In this document: positions 27,677-32,000 of the stretch, one piece after another
Numbering within the stretch: position 1 is the stretch's first letter
Layout: every line of letters begins with the position of its first letter
Assembly: GCA_021498095.1 (NCBI GenBank)
Contig: JAIZWK010000001.1
Span: 2,730,001 to 2,762,000, forward strand
Origin: Candidatus Harpocratesius repetitus
Lineage (GTDB): Archaea > Asgardarchaeota > Lokiarchaeia > Sigyniarchaeales > Promethearchaeaceae
Length of the DNA: 32,000 nucleotides
Direction: 5' to 3'
The notes under the pieces: generated by a model
The model's database searches: none
The model's input: only the letters and a program-made list of their open reading frames with translations
Told to the model about the DNA's origin: nothing
Made by a program: the position numbers and the translations under genes

Positions 27677-27955
27677 TTTCTTTAGCCTCCATTATTTTTT
27701 CACAAGAACATTTCGGCATATAACTTTAAAAATTTTCCAAATACAACGGGAAACAAGCTAATGAAAGCTTCATAAAAGAAAAATATAATCCTTTTTGTAA
27801 AGTTATCTATAATGCGGGAAAACTTTGCTATAACTTCTCAATAAACTTAAATTAATATAAATAATTAAAATTCGACTGGACTTTGATTCTTGATTACTCT
27901 CATCCGAAAACATTTAAGATAAAGATGTTTGATTTATATATATTAAAAGAAATAT

Positions 27956-28213
27956 TTGGTGATAAAAATTCCCGAAGCAACCAGAAAATGTCCATATTGC
28001 GGTAAAATATTAACGGAACGCCCATACTGGCGCCATGTTGAAAAAACACATCCAAAAGAATATGCGAGTGACAAACAAACTTGGATCCAATTGTATAAAG
28101 ACTATACAAATATGGGGATGAATGAAAGTACCACAATTACAGTTATTTCTGAAATCTTCAATAAAGATGAAGATACAATTAGAAGTTTTTTGAAAAATCA
28201 TAACGTATTATAA
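27956..28213 (+). CDS. Small C2H2/BED-like zinc-finger protein with a possible C-terminal HTH
   Basis: CPYC-x11-H-x4-HP (CPYCGKILTERPYWRHVEKTHP); C-terminal TVISEIFNKDEDTIRSFL is HTH-like. Start is TTG 27956 or GTG 27959. Confidence 0.7.
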   Translation: MVIKIPEATRKCPYCGKILTERPYWRHVEKTHPKEYASDKQTWIQLYKDYTNMGMNESTTITVISEIFNKDEDTIRSFLKNHNVL

Positions 28214-28230
28214 ATTTATCTCTCTCTCGA

Positions 28231-29853
28231 TTAATCATCATTTAAAAGATCCTCTAGTGTATCCAGAAGATCTTCATCTTCTTTTTCCTTTTCCTTTCTA
28301 TTTCTGGTTTCTTTTGTTTTTGAAGATGAGTACTTTGAATTTTGACTTTTTATTATTTTTTTATTGGTTAAAAATTGCTTATCTCCAGAGTAAATCATAG
28401 GTCCTTGAACAGTAAAGTCAATACTTGATTTGCACTCCATTAAAAAGTGGAGAAGTTCATCAATCGGAATATCAAGTATCTTTGAAATTTCATTTTTTGA
28501 TATTTGTCCTTTTTCTGCTAAAAGTCGCTTAAAAATCTCTTTTTTTGAAAAGATTTCTTGTTTATCCAAATCTTGTTCATTTTTTGGTATTTCATCTTGA
28601 AAAGGATCAAATGTTGAAGAAGCTTCAACTTGTTTAGATGAATCTGCAGTAGATGATTGAAGGGAATTTTGAACTAATATAATACGATTTAGTAATGTCG
28701 AAAATATATCTATTTTATTACGAATTTGTGAAAAGTTTTGATTAAAAGGTATAATTTTAGTTTTAGCTCCTAAAATATCACCTTTCTCTAAAGATTCTTC
28801 GATTTTGTGCAATTCTAAATAAAGATCTCTATTTTCTTCAATACGATTTTGAAATTCATCAAGATTGATGTCATCATGTGTTACACCCATTGCCTGTAAT
28901 TTTTGTTTATGCTCTTTTAATTTCTTTAGAGCAGCCTCAAATTGAAAATTGCTACACATTTGGTTAATTTCTTGGAAAATTTGTGGTATTTTTTCCGTTT
29001 CAAGAGAAATTTTATGATTAATTTTATCTAATTTTTCAATTATTTCTTGTTTTTGGCTTAATGAGAACAATAAGGGATTTTCTTGAACGATTTTGTATGC
29101 TTTTAGGAGTTCTTCACGACCTTGCTGAATTGATTCAGGAGTATTTTCTTTTAAGATTTTTTCTGCATTAGTATAATATCGTTTAAATTTTATTTCTTTG
29201 CTTTTTAAATCTAGATTCTTCTTTGTAGAACTCCACATGCTTAAATTCTTAGTATCTTCTATATTTAGACTCGGAATTCCATGATCTTCCATAAATTTTG
29301 TTATTTTCGAAAATACTATCTTATAATCATTTTTTATTTCAGGATGAATTGCATCTTGTCGAGTTTGATCTTCTTCTAATTCTTGGAATTGCATGTCTAA
29401 TTGATTATGAATTTGCTGAATTTGAATAATTGGTATATTTTTTAAGTCAATTGAGAAATAAGATCTATATTTTTCAACAATTTCTAAACTTCTGGCAATT
29501 TTACGTTCTAATATATGAATTTTTTGAGACCAATTATGTAATCCAGATTGATTTACAATCGTTTTTGCAAAACCAATTAAATTTAATGCCAATTCGAAAT
29601 TTTTCGTTAAATAGAGTTCTTCACATTCTGAGAATATTAACAAAACTTCTTCTTCTCGCAATTTTCTTATTTTAGTAAATAGATTCATAATATACTCAAT
29701 ATGCTGGGCATCTCTTTCTGTGTAATTCTCAGTATTTTCATGAACTAAAAGTAGATTTTTTTTAAGAATTTCCTTAATTTTACTAATATCCATAGTTTTT
29801 TGAGCTTTCATAAATGCAGCGTTATAGATTGATTTTTTCCCGATATTTCTCAC
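28231..29853 (-). CDS. Alpha-helical/coiled-coil protein with a possible C-terminal PCI-like winged-helix domain
   Basis: Long K/E/Q/L-rich helical ORF with TPR-like pairs (FELALNLIGFAKTIV, FEAALKKLKEHK); C-terminal GQISKNEISKILDIPIDELLHFL...DFTVQGPMIY has a helix-helix-beta-hairpin pattern. Confidence 0.6.
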   Translation of the reverse strand: MRNIGKKSIYNAAFMKAQKTMDISKIKEILKKNLLLVHENTENYTERDAQHIEYIMNLFTKIRKLREEEVLLIFSECEELYLTKNFELALNLIGFAKTIVNQSGLHNWSQKIHILERKIARSLEIVEKYRSYFSIDLKNIPIIQIQQIHNQLDMQFQELEEDQTRQDAIHPEIKNDYKIVFSKITKFMEDHGIPSLNIEDTKNLSMWSSTKKNLDLKSKEIKFKRYYTNAEKILKENTPESIQQGREELLKAYKIVQENPLLFSLSQKQEIIEKLDKINHKISLETEKIPQIFQEINQMCSNFQFEAALKKLKEHKQKLQAMGVTHDDINLDEFQNRIEENRDLYLELHKIEESLEKGDILGAKTKIIPFNQNFSQIRNKIDIFSTLLNRIILVQNSLQSSTADSSKQVEASSTFDPFQDEIPKNEQDLDKQEIFSKKEIFKRLLAEKGQISKNEISKILDIPIDELLHFLMECKSSIDFTVQGPMIYSGDKQFLTNKKIIKSQNSKYSSSKTKETRNRKEKEKEDEDLLDTLEDLLNDD

Positions 29854-30042
29854 CCAGCTTAGTATTATTTGTTAAATAAAAATAGTATAATTTCCAATCT
29901 TCACATTATCATTGGCTTGTGTGGGTAAAAAATTTTAGTTAATGTTATTTGTTTCAAATCCAATTTTTTTTTTTCATTTTTAAAGCAATATTTAATTAGT
30001 TATGAATTCTTGAATAGAAATAGGAAAGGAAAAGTGATTCAG

Positions 30043-31023
30043 ATGATTAAAGGACTAATACTGTTTTCTGTTCAAATACCAGCATCCAATGATCAAAATA
30101 AGAACGAAATACAAGGCTCAAAGGGAGAAAACTATTCTAATTCATCTCGTGTTCTACCGAATTGGTCCATTTTAGCTAAGTTCATCCCTGAAAAAGAAGA
30201 TGAACCCCAACATGAAACAGTAAACGAAATAATGATTCGTTATTTTTCTTCGAATGATAATTCAACTTTGAATATCCGTCTTTTTCCATTCAAATATTTC
30301 ATTCAACCAATTAAGGAAGATCGTTCTATTTTATTAGTTTATCTTTTAGATGCGAAAGAATCTTTAGAAATTGCTCAAATTTATTCTGAAGAAACAATAA
30401 AAAATCTTGAGATGCAAATCAATGGAAATTCTGAATTAAACGAGAGTCTTGAAGAAATTTTTACATATAGAAATAAAATTTTGATGAAATTAGAAAAAGA
30501 AGGCGTTTTACAAGAAGAAATCGGTCATTCTGCAAATAGATTAATTGATAGTGGTAAATTTGATGAAGCTCAAGATTTAATCAAACTTGCAAAAACAATT
30601 CCTGAAAAAATGGTTTCTACTTATCTTAAAAGCAAGTTAATAGCGAAAGAGCATAGTTATAGACAAGCACGAAAATTATTGGGTGATTGCTTAAGTTTAG
30701 CACAAAAAATTGAAGATGATGGAATAATACAATATTTAAATAAGAAGATTGAAATTTTTACCCAAATTCCGCAATATGAAAAAGATGTTCGTTCGTTAAT
30801 TTCGTCATTTTCTAAGGAACTATCCAAATCAATAAACTTACCTTCTTATCAAAGACAAGTATATAAATTGGACAAAACTCTTGATTTACTTGATAAATTA
30901 GAAGAAGATGAATTGATCGAAAAGATTATGGAACTTTCTAATACTTTAATATTAGCAGGAAAATTAGTTTTCGATCTTAAATCATTGGATAAAAAAATTA
31001 AAAATATTATTTCTGAATTATAA
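30043..31023 (+). CDS. Hypothetical protein: possible N-terminal longin-like domain plus helical (TPR-like) region
   Basis: MIKGLILFSV...SILAKFIP...EIMIRYF...KYFIQPI...ILLVYLLD...EIAQIYSEE fits a beta-beta-alpha-beta-beta-beta-alpha order; later GKFDEAQDLIKLAK and SYRQARKLLGDCLSLAQKI helices. ATG 30043 preferred to TTG 30010. Confidence 0.55.
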   Translation: MIKGLILFSVQIPASNDQNKNEIQGSKGENYSNSSRVLPNWSILAKFIPEKEDEPQHETVNEIMIRYFSSNDNSTLNIRLFPFKYFIQPIKEDRSILLVYLLDAKESLEIAQIYSEETIKNLEMQINGNSELNESLEEIFTYRNKILMKLEKEGVLQEEIGHSANRLIDSGKFDEAQDLIKLAKTIPEKMVSTYLKSKLIAKEHSYRQARKLLGDCLSLAQKIEDDGIIQYLNKKIEIFTQIPQYEKDVRSLISSFSKELSKSINLPSYQRQVYKLDKTLDLLDKLEEDELIEKIMELSNTLILAGKLVFDLKSLDKKIKNIISEL

Positions 31024-31236
31024 ATTAAACTTTTCACACTATATCATAGCTTTTTGAAAACATACATTAATTCTGCTCTTTTTTCACTTGATTTTTCTTA
31101 ATATATTTTATCCAATTTATCTTTTGAAATGATTTTTTACTTTTATTAATATGTAAAAGAAAAAAGAAATAAATACATTCAATATAATTGTGTTATATTT
31201 TAATTTTTTTTAATTATTGATTTAACTTTAATTATC

Positions 31237-32000
31237 TCAATACTGTACAAAGGCAGTATAAGGAATAACTTGTAATTCAATCAAACCAACTTGCACAAAA
31301 ATTATTGTAATTATCGCGAATACTAAAAATTGAGCAAGAGTTCTCACCCAAGTGCGCTTTATTCTCGGACCTACGAAATAGAGAATTCCATTAATAAAAT
31401 AGAGTAAAGCAATAACAATGATATATTCCAAACCGTAAAAGACAAACGGCATATTATTTATTTGATTTGTACTTATCATTCCTAATTCATTACCAGGTGC
31501 CCAATATGGCCATTTCTGTAGAAATATTCTTGCTAATATAAATAACAACCAAGTAAAAAGAATTGTTGGAGTAATCTTTTTAAAATTGATATTTTCATTA
31601 TTCTTATTCAAAGCATTATAATTATAAATTCCCATAATGATTCCACATAAATGATTCAAATCGTATATAATCTGGAGTATATATGAATGGTAATAAAATA
31701 TATCCCACGTAAAGATATCAGAAGCCACAAATGGATTAATAGTGCTGAAAGCAGATATTACAGGAAATGCCATTGTTGCTACTGAGCCTTGTCTTAACCA
31801 TTTATTACCTGTAATTAGTGCTAAATATGAGATTGTTCCCGTCCAATAGCAAATATAGACTAGATTATGCAGGTTATTTGTAGAATAATATACTCTTTCT
31901 CCGTTAATTATATCCCATTGCATATCTCCAAAAATATTAAAGTCAAAATGTTGATTTGCGCCAGAATATCCGTAATGTAGCCATTCAAAATGCCAACCAT
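31237..32000 (-). CDS. Polytopic membrane protein, partial (5' end outside the window); possibly YwaF/TMEM164-like
   Basis: The frame stays open upstream of ATG 31923 to the window end (GWHFEWLHYGYSGANQHFDFNIFGD-MQW...). Five or six hydrophobic segments; intramembrane polar motifs YICYWTG and DLNHLCGI. Confidence 0.7.
   Translation of the reverse strand, partial: GWHFEWLHYGYSGANQHFDFNIFGDMQWDIINGERVYYSTNNLHNLVYICYWTGTISYLALITGNKWLRQGSVATMAFPVISAFSTINPFVASDIFTWDIFYYHSYILQIIYDLNHLCGIIMGIYNYNALNKNNENINFKKITPTILFTWLLFILARIFLQKWPYWAPGNELGMISTNQINNMPFVFYGLEYIIVIALLYFINGILYFVGPRIKRTWVRTLAQFLVFAIITIIFVQVGLIELQVIPYTAFVQY

Noticed and set aside
1900-31037. The many 60-120 aa ORFs in the track lying antisense to or nested in long genes (e.g. 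1900-2133, 4073-4264, 8547-8792, 14883-15185, 22387-22647, 25680-26042, 27900-28136, 30849-31037)
   Set aside because: Shadow ORFs of well-supported genes, with no motifs or independent translation signals.

Overview
AT-rich, gene-dense window that most likely comes from an Asgard archaeon of the Lokiarchaeia type. This is inferred from a Rab-like GTPase with Loki-style motifs, two surface proteins ending in IPG[FY]-TM-basic tails, a PCI-like and a longin-like protein, and GGTGA/GGAGG ribosome-binding sites. In order along the window: a partial membrane protein; a VapBC-type toxin-antitoxin pair; a radical SAM protein; a RimJ/RimL GNAT; two tandem giant Ig-rich surface proteins (1372 aa and about 2360 aa); an FAD-oxidoreductase plus CCG-domain Fe-S protein operon; a 1565-aa PAS/GAF protein with no visible output domain; a HEAT-repeat protein; a small membrane protein; a Rab-like GTPase followed by a TrmB-like regulator; a truncated CDP-alcohol phosphatidyltransferase; a YjbQ gene lacking a canonical start codon; a small Zn-finger/HTH protein; PCI-like and longin-like helical proteins; and a partial polytopic membrane protein. 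The best candidate for a new system is the larger surface protein. It carries a beta-hairpin-rich core resembling the stem of a beta-pore-forming toxin, held at the end of a long Ig stalk that contains a recently amplified, mosaic 252-bp repeat array. No rRNA, tRNA, CRISPR array or transposase was recognised. All family assignments come from reading motifs by eye; no database search was run.
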